A stretch of DNA of 63,273 nucleotides, the filler included, from Folioceros fuciformis (Eukaryota), in assembly GCA_049999805.1 (NCBI GenBank). It is 7 parts of 7 records of this genome, joined end to end, with 100 filler letters (N's around TTAATTAATTAA, not from the genome) between each part and the next. Parts side by side here need not be neighbours in the genome. Positions count along the whole stretch, not along the records: positions 39,264 to 53,424 come from JBNGIO010004183.1; 6 more parts are not named here. One strand, given 5' to 3'. Shown here piece by piece: positions 39,164-50,289 of the stretch (positions within the stretch are counted from its first letter, which is position 1; the number at the start of each line of letters is the position of its first letter). The position numbers and the translations under genes are program-made. The notes below the pieces were generated by a model. It was not told where the DNA came from. It saw only the letters and a list, made by a program, of their open reading frames with translations, and did not search any database.

Positions 39164-40443
39164 NNNNNNNNNNNNNNNNNNNNNNNNNNNNNNNNNNNNN
39201 NNNNNNNTTAATTAATTAANNNNNNNNNNNNNNNNNNNNNNNNNNNNNNNNNNNNNNNNNNNNGGGAGTGTAACGGAGCGTTTAGCGCGTGCCGTGGCCC
39301 CGAAGTTAGATGACACACGATGGTAGACACAGCACTTACAGCGCGACCCAGTGACTCACGGGACAGAGTACTCACAGGCGGTCGGCTTCGCTGCCCGTTC
39401 ACATGGGTTGGAGGTCGGGCTTTTTGTCTTTTTATCTTCTCTTTAGAGTCATGGGATGGCAAAGTAGAAACCCGTACCGGATTCACGTTCACTAGCGGAC
39501 GTCCTGCCCTGGATGCTACCTTCGTGTATATGGTCATTCTCAGCGCCTGCGTACATTCTCTCACCTGGTAAGTAGCTTCTTCTCTTACGCATGGTCGACC
39601 TTTTCATGCTATAATAACCGTGCGCGTGCTAGTACTGTACAGGGTCCACTTAGCATGAATCATGGTGGCCGAGAGAAGGGTGGGTTGGACTCTGGTGTGT
39701 CGTGGAGTTACTCACATGCTTGGCTTCGCTTTTAGAGCGTTGTGATCTGTCTTTTCCCCAGTTGAGGAGATCCGAAGGTACAAACTTCGTGGTTACAGCT
39801 GTGAGCAAGGCGTCGGGATGAAGTGATAACTCGGGGTCTAAGACTAGTCTAGCGGTGATGAAGCAAATCGCTTTACGGTGGCTCACAATGGCGAACGGTG
39901 AATGGTCCATTGCGTCGGTGAATGGAATTATTGTGCAACGCAGCAGCAACAGAAACTGCGCAGCTGAGAGTTTGTGAGGTCATCTCTAGCACTAGAAGTC
40001 TCTTACGAATGGACAGGAAGAAGACGGAAGGAAAGTCCCATGGAGCAAGAGGAAGGAAAGTCCCATGGTGCAAGAGGAAGGAGCAGGAGGATGGGACAGC
40101 ACAAGCCCGAATGCTGGTTTCGTGCGGAGGAGCAAGTAGGAACGAAGCCCCGTGCCTCTTGGAGGAATGAATTGCGGTCTCGTCTCAAGCTGGTTCGACG
40201 TCTGGCGGGCGTCATCGCACTGTGCCAGCCCCTTCCCTGGATGACATTTGGAGCCCAGGAAGGTAACATGGGCTCGTTCCCAGAAGTGAGACCGTGCCCA
40301 ATATCCAGTGATGAGCGCCGAGTCGGTGTTTTCCGTGTCCCCTGTGACGCATCACAATGCTTCCCGAAGGAGACGAGGAGAAACACATACGACTTCGAGT
40401 CAACATTTTTCCGCTTCCCTCAAAGTGCCGCAGAGGGAAGGAA

Positions 40444-40476
<33 letters not shown>

Positions 40477-41179
40477 CCGGGCCCAGGCCCAGGATCACGA
40501 CCGGGGCAAACATGTTGCAGCTCTCGATCCGGGATCCGCGTCTCGCAGGGCTGATGGGAGAAGTAGAATGGCACCGCACCGCATGTCATTCACGCCATGT
40601 GCCTGCTGACGTGTTGTGGCCTCGGCCACCCACAAAATGTCTAACGACATAACCGGCTTGAGTGACCATTTCGTAAGATTCACGGTCCCGATTTGGCATT
40701 ACGCACCACAGGGGTCATCCACACTTGGCTACATATTTGTCGGCAGGACAGCAGCATCTTCGATCCCCCCATGAGCTGCAATCTATGTATGTACTCCCGG
40801 GAGCTTTGAAGGAACCTGCCCTTATCCCTCTAATAGTTTTTCACGTCATTAATGATCTTGTCCGTACGCAGACCGAATCCCGTTCCATAGCTGGCCTTCT
40901 GCCTCTGGCCCACCTCTGTGGCTGCGGGCCCATCACAGGGTGCGAGCGGAAAGGAAGTTTGGCTCACGAAGTTTCAGGAAGTTTCAGACTCCATCATCTA
41001 GTGCCTCACGAGTCACAGATCCCAACAAGCTTGCCCGCCCACGCCTCTTGCTCACAAACAACACAGTAAACTTCCGGACAGAGCAGGAAATTTGTGCGAT
41101 GTGCTGCTGCCCATCCCGGGGGTAGGGATGGTCAGCCCTAAACAGATAGGGGTTTATGCACAGGGATCTGTTTATGGTC

Positions 41180-41248
41180 AGCCCTAAGCCCTAAGCTCTA
41201 AGCCCTAAGCCCTAACCTCTAAGCCCTCAGCTCTAAACCCTAAACCCG
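41180..41248. repeat. Interstitial telomere-like heptamer array (CCCTAAG / CTCTAAG / CCCTAAA)
   Basis: cagccctaagccctaagctctaagccctaagccctaacctctaagccctcagctctaaaccctaaaccc. Confidence 0.7.
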
Positions 41249-41432
41249 AAATGGCACCAGGGGCTGTCGAGTGTCCCAATTCGGCATACCCGTTGGACCA
41301 GCTCAGTCCACGCGTCCTTCAGGCCACGGTCCGTACAACGCGATTCACGGCTCTTGTACCGGACAATATTCCATCCAGAATGTAGAATCTTCAATGTCCT
41401 CGCATATTATATATGAAGGTTTTTTTTATCTT

Positions 41433-42983
41433 TTATTTATAGGGTTTAAACGAAGATATAATTTTGATTGACCTTGCTACAGGATAGTAACACGCTTGAG
41501 TATCAGCAGCAGATGTATGGAAAAGGAGAGGAACTATAAAAGGTTCTTTCAAAGATTTTTCTTCTACCATAATATTATCATCCATTATAAATATATTTAT
41601 GTTCTGTAAATCCATATTACTAGGAAACACAATTACAATAATTGTATATTGCACAGGCACACCATGAAAGTATGTAGTTGATATTGGTCCATCTAAGGGA
41701 ACTGATTTGATTGCCACATCCACCTTTCTTTCATCATTAACATCTCCTTCTTCACACCCACAAAGGGTTTGTTTGGTTCCATTTGCAATACCACTCACAC
41801 AATGAGCATTTGATACTATGAGATTTGTTGACGAAGTTTGCACCAGCTGTGATTGTTCTGGTTCATCTTTCTCCATGTTGTGAACTAATACTTCATCTCC
41901 TTGGTCCTCTACTTTGTAATGTGATGTTGTGTTTGATGAGATACAAGTTTCATTGGAAACATCTTGGTTTGAATAGACGACAGGTAAAGAAGATTCTTTA
42001 TGAAGAAATGTAGAGTTCATAATCAAAACTTCATCTTTATCATCTTGCAAAGTAGCACTTGATGGGAAACTTGTTGGACAATGGGTTGGTTTAAATACCA
42101 TCTGCTTTGTGTACTTAACCAAACATGTCTCATGAGAAGATTTGTCACCCATCACTTGATTCTGCCTACTTGGAGTTGATTCTGAAGAAAATCTTTTCTC
42201 CTTATTGAAAGGAAGAGAGCATTTCTTTGGTATCAAATTTGGCCTCAAAGATCCTGAATGGGTTAGCAGTGGAAAAGATGGTTCCAAATCCTCAACTTCG
42301 GTCACTAAGGGTCCTCTTGGCTTTACCCGAATACAGTGCTTACTAACATGTTTGCCTTTATACTTCATCTTTGGGAGCTTAAATTCAGCATTGAGAGGGG
42401 TTCCAAACTTTTGACCAATCCAAGTGAGTCCAAGGTCTATCAAGAATTTTTTCAAATTCCTATACCTCATAGCATGCTGAAGAATCACCATATTGAAAAT
42501 GATGTCATAAACATAACATAAATTTTGATTATGATCGGTAGAAATTAATGGGCCTGAACAACTCAAAGGACACCTTATGTTTTGCATGATATCATCTTCT
42601 TCTAAGTCTGACCTTTCCAGCATTTCCTCAACCTCTGGAGGAACTCCATTCTCCCAATCTCCAATTGTTGGTATTTTCGAAGACCCACACACATTAATGA
42701 AAACTTTAGTATTCTTCTCATCTATTGTCTTCACCACAAAAAATGGTTCAGGCATAATTTCTTCGCTTTCCTCTTCACCAATAGTATCCGTCTTTAGGTT
42801 AAGTTGGGCTTGAGTTTCTCTTAGATCCTTAGATTCTTTCAAAGCAGCCAACAATTGTTCCAACTTTACATTTTGTGGAGCCACTCCCTCATTTCGAGCT
42901 TTTTCATAGCTCATTAGCATCTTCATAATATTGTCAAGCTCTCCCGACTCCTCCTCCTCTACCAAGTTCTTTTGTGCAGCCAT
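41433..42983 (-). CDS. PIH1-domain protein (Kintoun/DNAAF2 / PIH1D-like), single exon, with a probable C-terminal CS-like domain
   Basis: PEPFFVVKT...KVFINVC...CPLSCS...VYDIIFN...FLIDLGLTWIGQKF...KLPKMKYKG matches the PIH1 consensus. First ATG (MAAQKN) is at 42983; the ORF is intact, about 516 aa. Confidence 0.85.
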   Translation of the reverse strand: MAAQKNLVEEEESGELDNIMKMLMSYEKARNEGVAPQNVKLEQLLAALKESKDLRETQAQLNLKTDTIGEEESEEIMPEPFFVVKTIDEKNTKVFINVCGSSKIPTIGDWENGVPPEVEEMLERSDLEEDDIMQNIRCPLSCSGPLISTDHNQNLCYVYDIIFNMVILQHAMRYRNLKKFLIDLGLTWIGQKFGTPLNAEFKLPKMKYKGKHVSKHCIRVKPRGPLVTEVEDLEPSFPLLTHSGSLRPNLIPKKCSLPFNKEKRFSSESTPSRQNQVMGDKSSHETCLVKYTKQMVFKPTHCPTSFPSSATLQDDKDEVLIMNSTFLHKESSLPVVYSNQDVSNETCISSNTTSHYKVEDQGDEVLVHNMEKDEPEQSQLVQTSSTNLIVSNAHCVSGIANGTKQTLCGCEEGDVNDERKVDVAIKSVPLDGPISTTYFHGVPVQYTIIVIVFPSNMDLQNINIFIMDDNIMVEEKSLKEPFIVPLLFHTSAADTQACYYPVARSIKIISSFKPYK

Positions 42984-43364
42984 TTTTCCAATCAATGTCA
43001 ACACTCCATCCTAGAAAACCTCTTAGCAAGAAAAGAGCCAAACAAGGGAAGGGTGTTTGTGTTTGTGTGTGTGTGTGCCCTAACATGCTACATGTGTTTA
43101 CAAATATTTTTGGACACTTTTGACCTAATATTATAATTAAATTATCTACAAAGAAATAACTTGTTTCATTTAGAGTAGAAACATGTGTTTGAAATTTGTT
43201 GAGAGTATTAAAAATAATAATAGATAAAAATATGATGTGTTATCATGAAATGTGCTAAGGTATAGATAGCATCAAGTACAAGACATGTTTACTGAACCAT
43301 GCAATTGAAGATATTTTTGAGATAATATCATATTAAAACAATAATACATTTTGAGAAAGCAAAG

Positions 43365-43935
43365 ATGGATCCAAAGATAGATACAAGTAAACTTGGAACG
43401 CGCACTACTGATCCCCGGAGGGGTTCAATGTTTCCAATCAAATATGATTCTTGTACAAATAATTTGAGAATAGCTATGGAGGCTTATGGATTGCGAGTAG
43501 ATGTTCATACTCTTTTGGCCAAGTTTCTGACAGACCTTTTGATGGCACAACCTCCAGGTATTTGTTGTTTTCTTTAACATCAAGGTATAGGAAATTATTT
43601 TGATACAAATATGAGTGATTATGTTCCCCAAACAGATGATTAGATATAAGTTTACAAAATTTGTGTAGACCCATTTGCTTACATGAAGACATGGATTGAC
43701 AAGGAGGATAAAGAAAGGAAAGCTCCCCCTCCAAAGAAACCGGGACCACCACAACCTCCACCACCATCGGTACACAATTTGTCTAAATTATTATACACCC
43801 ATGTGTTGATGTCATGCATCACTACTACTAGGTATTTGATAGTTTTCTTTACATATAGATGAAATAATTTTCTGTATTTTTAAAATATGTTTTTTTTAAA
43901 AAAAAATTCTGATTTATTTGCAGAAATGGTTGTAA
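43365..43935 (+). CDS. Small (~101 aa) RIIa/Dpy-30-like dimerisation-domain protein; exons 43365-43557, 43669-43769, 43924-43935
   Basis: The spliced product contains VHTLLAKFLTDLLMAQP|DPFAYMKTWI, matching the D/D pattern LL..L...LL...P.DP..(F/Y). A Pro-rich tail follows. Introns are GT-AG and phase-consistent; the last exon is the least certain. Confidence 0.6.
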
Positions 43936-46900
43936 AATGATGCTGAAGTGAACTTGGTAGCTGATGGCATGCAAGTTTATACATGGAATAGAGATTTGTC
44001 ATGTCATGTTGTTCATGGCCAAGAAAGTATACGGTGTGTATATGCCGGTATAATAATAGAACAATGGCCAAACTTGGTATTCCGTTGAAATTTTTTTTTG
44101 AAATCTTTGGTATAGAAAAAGAGAATTTGATGAGGAGGAGGTGTCCTCCCAAGAACAACAACAACAAAGGATGCAAGCAGGGTTTTGTCTTTGGGCTGTT
44201 GATAGGAAGGAGGTGGGGGCGAGCTGCTGGGTGGAGGAGCGTGCACGGTGTGGAGGAAATTTTGAAGCAGGTTATATTAAAATGAAAAATCATAGGATCT
44301 TGATTTTGAAAAGAAATGAAATGAATTTCTGAGGAAATTAAGGGAGAAGAAAATGTCAATGAAGTGTACGGCGTTTGACATTCACTTGGTTCCGTAGAAA
44401 GCGACGCGGGGAAGGTGTCAGACTATAGGAGTCACGATATTTGTCACCGTACGTTCCTTGTCGTTTGCGGAATGAGCGTACTGTTTGTATGTAGGCGGAT
44501 ACGTTTGAGGCGTTGTAGAGATGGCCAGTAGATGTCCCCAGGCCCACCGGGCGACAAGTCCAGGCGCTAACTAGCTTTACTATAAGCATGGAGTTACTTG
44601 AGCTGACAATGGAGGCAGCGGGAGAGGCACAGTTGAGGCGATGGAGGGAGGAGTCCAGAGATTAAAGCGTGCAACTCCGTGCTCTGCAGGCGGGCGTTTC
44701 TTTCGCATCGCTCTGGATCCCGATTGGAAAGCCCGTGGCCCGTGCACGTCGTACTACACATACAATGTTTTCTATTCCCAGGGACCTTATGAGTACAGAA
44801 CATATGGATTCCGAACGAGATTATACACAAGGGAAGGCATGTGTAGAGAGCCGGGTTCCGGCAGGAGGCAAGAAGCTTGCAAGCCGGAGTCCTGATTCAT
44901 GACCAGCAAGTGTGCATCAAACCTGGAGGTGAAGTGAATGCTATGTATGGTAGGCAAAAAGACAAGATGCAGAGCTGACTGGCAGAGTGCAGCCTTACTT
45001 AGAACACAAACGGGATAGCTCGACTCGACTGGGACTGGGACTGGGACTGGGACTGGGACTGGACATGACACGACACGGCGGCTTGGCATCAGGAGGAATG
45101 ATGCTTGCCGCATTCGACTCAACCTGGGGATTGTGATACCGATAGGGAAGTACCTTGCCGGTTCCCGCAGGAAGACTACGGAACAGAGCCTTCCTACTCA
45201 TTCTTGCGTTTGTCACGAGCTTCATTTCCTCCATTGCAGCCCTTGCAACACGCGGCAGTGAATGTGGCCATATTTGACACGCAAGCCTGCAACACCGCGT
45301 TGTTCTTCTTCTGAGCGGGAAAGGAGGATCCTGTCGCATTATTCGAACATTTGTGACAAACCGCTGGAGTGCCTTCTTGATTGATGGCCGGTAGCTTGTT
45401 GTACTTACACTCACGGCCCATACCTCCGGGGTCTTCCACACGCGTCGGTCTGGGTTGTGTGATATGTAGTGGAATCTGGACAAGCTCAGGTTGGCTGCTG
45501 GTTGGTTACACACTCATCAGCAACCTCCTAGGAGGTCCTGGCCAGGAAAGTCAGAGCTCCACCAATCCCAACCGTCACGACGCACAGAGCGGACACTAAA
45601 AACGCACGCGCCACGGCATGGGGGGAGACAAGGGGGGGGCAGGGTGACACAGGCTAGCAGGACCCAAGTGATCTGACAAACCAGATTAGCCCCGCCGCGG
45701 CTTGCCTTCCGTCCTCGCCGCCGAGTACTACGTACTCAGTCTGCCAGTGGGATCTTCTCCCTACACTGCGCACAACAGCGCACGCACAAGACACGGCAGT
45801 GGAGCTCAGTAACTCCAAAGAGCCAAAAAACCGTCCCACAATCCAAGCCGCAGCAGCACCACGTAAGTACGCCACGGACACCAGCACCTGACCACGCAAA
45901 CAAAGCGGCAAACAAAAGGAAATCAGAACGTCCTCGGCCAGTCTTCGATCTGGAAGAAACGCTGGCCGCGGGAGAAGGAAAAAGCAAAGGCGCCGCAGCC
46001 CGCCTATAGCGATTCCCGATGACCTCTCACAGCAACAACTCCCAACTTGAAGGATTACATTGCAGCCAGCAACGACAAACGCTTGAGAAGGCTCAGGAGG
46101 CGGCCGCAATCAACAAGACACAGCCCAATAGTACACACATCCTCGGCCTCGGCCTCCCCCTCCGCCTGAGCCTCACCCGAATCCCAGCCAGCACGACAGG
46201 AAATTGAGAGGAGCCAAAATCCGCAGTTGATGAAGTAGCACCAGAGAGGACGGCAGCGCAGCGAAGGTGATGCGTGACAGACCGGGACTTCACCTTAGAT
46301 TGGGAGCTCCTCTCCCTCACGCAGCGGCTACCGCCGCCGGTATGCGAGATGCCCGAAATCCACAACTGCCCCCTGCCGGAATTGACGGCTGTTGCGACAC
46401 AGACAACTTCTAAACAACACCTTGGCGAACAGCGGGGCCGGTCTCTTACCAGGGTCAAGGTGGAGGACGACGGACGTCGTCCTCCACCTTGACCAACGGG
46501 TTCGATGGAATCCGCGTGCGATAACCCAACCTAACCCCAGGGGCGGTCCCACAAACCAGCTGGCCAGGCCTGGGAGGCCGGTTCTGGACTACCGGGCTAC
46601 CGGCTCCCAAGCACTACCTGAATCCGCCAGGCCAGAAGTCCACCGCAACCGACCCACTCACAACGAGACAAACCATGAGCTCTGGAGTTTGAGCTCCGAA
46701 AGAGCAGTGTGCGCTCGACCATTGCGGGTCACAGTGGCCATGGACGCTTCTACACATGGCCCTCCTCCACAGGACAGAAGGGCTGCCTCTTGTTTCCACC
46801 ATGAGGAGTGAAATTGCCTCTTTCACCGGGGTAAAACTGACTCCTCCACTGCATCTGCACATGCATCAAGCACACAAAACCTGCTTCTTGTCACCTACGA

Positions 46901-47801
46901 GTACCTGTGTGATGGCCAGCCTGTGCCTGTGCGGGACAAGCGCTGGGATTAGAGGCCGCGAAAAGGGAAGGCAGACAAGCGTGTCTTGGTGGAGAGACTC
47001 AAACACACCGGCATCACCATTGCCAAGTAAAGAGCAAGCAAGCTTGAAAGCACAACCCACCAGGTTGATGAGCTCACCGGATCGTACACGCATGACTGGG
47101 TCTTTATCATATCGACTGCCAGTGCCAGGGAACATTCGCACCAAGCATTGTGGTTTCCACCATGGTAGCCCCAGCCCGCTGACAGTGGAACCAGTTTCAA
47201 GGCACTCCCATACCGCATGTAATTAACCGGAATGATGCAATATTAGGGGAAATGTCAAACGGCGGTGGACGATGATGGAACGCGTGTGTGTTTACACGGA
47301 CACATCCTCCCTCACTTTGTCAGTCACTCAGCTGAAGCCGGGAAAGAATCATGTGTACACAGCTTGATGCTCATGATGTTTGTAAGACATCCGTGTTCAC
47401 AAGAGAAGTATCATGTCCTAACATTTCATAACATGACATCTCAGCACAAAAGCATCATGCTCCAAGCTAACTCTTGCGAAAGCTACGCTACAAGGAAAAC
47501 CAAGCTTCGCATTGCATCCTGTACAATCAGCTGTCCTTATTTGCCCACTTGGATACGGGACAAGTCCTTACCCCCGTTCTCCCTCTCCATCACCGACAAA
47601 AGGGTGGCGCGGAAAGATGATGCGGGAATTCCCTGTCTCGGCCAAAACTATCCAGGATTGCATCTGTTGCATGTCAGACTCTACATTTTCCTGGCCATCT
47701 GCGTGGCATGGCTCATCAGTGCTCACTTCTTGTGCTCCTGTCGCGACACCTGAAAGGACCATGGACCTAAAAAGGTGACTTGAATACTCCACGTCTCCTT
47801 C

Positions 47802-48071
47802 TCAATGCTTCTCCCGATGCTGGCAGCAGCAAGTGAAGAAGCGGAGCAAACTCTCTATATCTTCCTTGGCTTTGGTGAATACCCTGGCCTTTATCTTGCC
47901 TCTCTTGGGCAGATACCCGCGATATTTCTCAGGCGGCTCCTCCTCTAATTCAGAAACCGCGGCATCCATATCAGCATCGGAGACCACATCCTCTTTGAAC
48001 ACAACGCCCTGAGTCTGGGAATTCCGCATCTCCACAACCGTCAAAAGGTTAGATACTTCGATCTTGGTCAT
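47802..48071 (-). CDS. Small uncharacterised plant protein with an LP(P/K)RGxIK motif and a C-terminal Cys cluster
   Basis: MTKIEV...YLPKRGKIKARVF...FFTCCCQHREKH*. The motif resembles the LPPRRGQIK small plant proteins (recalled, not searched). Confidence 0.5.
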   Translation of the reverse strand: MTKIEVSNLLTVVEMRNSQTQGVVFKEDVVSDADMDAAVSELEEEPPEKYRGYLPKRGKIKARVFTKAKEDIESLLRFFTCCCQHREKH

Positions 48072-50289
48072 ACTTGCCCTCCCAACAGTCCACACCGGCA
48101 ACAAGCAAGAAGCAGACAGGCGTGTGCTGGAACTGCCGCCTGCCCCTTCCCTCAACACTCCACATAAAGCAGCAACAAGGAGTCCTCGGGTGTGCTGTGC
48201 TCAGATTGCCGCCTGTCCCCTGCAACAAAAGCGAGTGATCCCGACACGGAATTGCGACTCCCAAGACAACAGGATGATGTGTTACCACAAAGGGATGAAT
48301 CCTTCGCCCCGCCCCAATCCTCGCAATTCAAGACCTAACGCATGCCGGGCAAAACGCTGCCCAAGCATACGCAGCTGGTGCTATGGCTGCTATCATAGGA
48401 TCTTCATCCCACACAACACAAAAGCGGGATGAATCACGGGAGCAGCGATGTAAGTAGTCAGGAAACTTCGAGAGTGTGAAATTAATTAGCAAACTATTCG
48501 CTAGGCTGTTAATTAGTTGAGATTAAAGGACCTTTGCTTCGCACCAACGTCGCACCGCAAAAGAAAGATGAGTCCGGTTTGTGTGGCGGAAGGCGAGACT
48601 AAAATTCACTCGAGTTCCTGGACGGAACAAAGAAGCCATGCAGAAATGATGCGCATGTATCGATCTCAGGCGTCACGAAGAGGCAAGGATAGGGTTGATT
48701 GAGTATAAGCTTAAAGATTGGCAGGCTCACAGCTTACGAACAACATTGCGTCTCCAGTACTGGAAGGAAGAAGGTGTAGCACCTGAGCTTACAATACGGC
48801 AGACTTGTGATTTGTGCAAAGAGTGCCACAACGCACAACTCTTACACACAGAGTGGCATGTAAGTACGTCACTCACACACGCAAGTTGAGCCTACTGTAC
48901 AGAAGAGAGAGCGCGCGGCGCACTGATGGTTGTCCAGCATGCGCCATGCTCTTGGACGACGGTAATACACATGAACTAACTGTACAATCGCATAAAGTAC
49001 GAAGCATATGACAGAAATCAAGGCAGATGCATCTCGGAGCTTAACAGGCGGAGAGGCGAGGCCGCAAGGTGGTCAGGAAGCGCAGAATTCCGTGTCCTAC
49101 ACATTGTCCCGACGCCCGGCCTACTTCGCCCAGCGCGAGTTTCCCCCGGTGCCATTGGCAGAGTTTTGCGAATCCTTCGGAGATGTGGAGGCCGAAGGTC
49201 GGCCTACAACAGCCTTCATTACGTTGCCGCGGACCGGTTGGGGAGGATACTGGCCGCTCTGAATCTGGCCGTCGCCGTCCCTGTCCATAGTGGCGGGGAG
49301 CTGGAAGCCGGGAAGCTGGGAAGTGGAGACGGAGGGAACGGCAACAGCTCGCGACGCAGGAAGAGGGCGCGAGGCGATGGAATCGCATTTCTAATTCCTG
49401 GAGCGGGGAGAGGAGAGGGGCACGTGCGGTTCCAGTAAACCTATGAGTAGGGTGAGAAGTTTGGGTAATAAGGCCGGTTTCACAAGCCCGGTACATTTTT
49501 AGCCCGGTGGGCAATGTATATTATTTATACCTGGCATGGCCACGGTGGGGGTTTTCTGGTTCCCCATTTCACAAGACCGGTATATATTTTTACTTTGACA
49601 TCTGGTTCTACCCTCTTTCATATGGACTCATTATTTTATCCATAGGTGGATTTAAGGTTCTAGCTTAAGGCAAAAGGTGCGTCATTGCCTCTCTTTCTCA
49701 TAGGTGTGCAGCTTGGAGGTTGGAGCTTGGATTTTGAGTAGAGGGCTTCACTTAGGGTTCATCATGGATCCCCATGAACATAACTTGTGGTGTGCTTTTT
49801 TTATGGGCATCATGTTGTATATGGCATTAGAAGCTACTTCACATTCTTTGCTTTTGAATTTACGAGCTAATATTTCTACTACCCTTCATATGTTGCAATA
49901 CAATGAGACATNNNNNNNNNNAGCTAATATTTCTACTACCCTTCATATGTTGCAATACAATGAGACATGCACTAAGCAGGGGTTCACATGCACTAAGCAG
50001 GGGTTCACATGCACATAGGCGTAACCCACTTCATTGGGTCATTCAACGTTCTCAAACGTTCTTCCACAACGGCGTTCTTCCACAACGGCCTTCTGGGGAC
50101 ATACACTACAAAGTTGTTCAAGAATAGGATGCGTGTAAGTAGACCTAGCTTTGTCAATAGGATCGACTCCAGTCTACGTGCAAGTGTAGGAGAGGAGAGA
50201 GGGTGGTATTGGTGATCACAACCATGAAAACAATACACATCACCATTGTCTTACTATGGAGGTCCGAGGTCTCCATTTAAGTAGTACAT

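Noticed and set aside
39264-41100. ORFs such as 39974-40609 and splice-like signals near 39570-39760
   Set aside because: I could not build a coherent gene model. The frames are partly driven by a (GGCTCG)n repeat.
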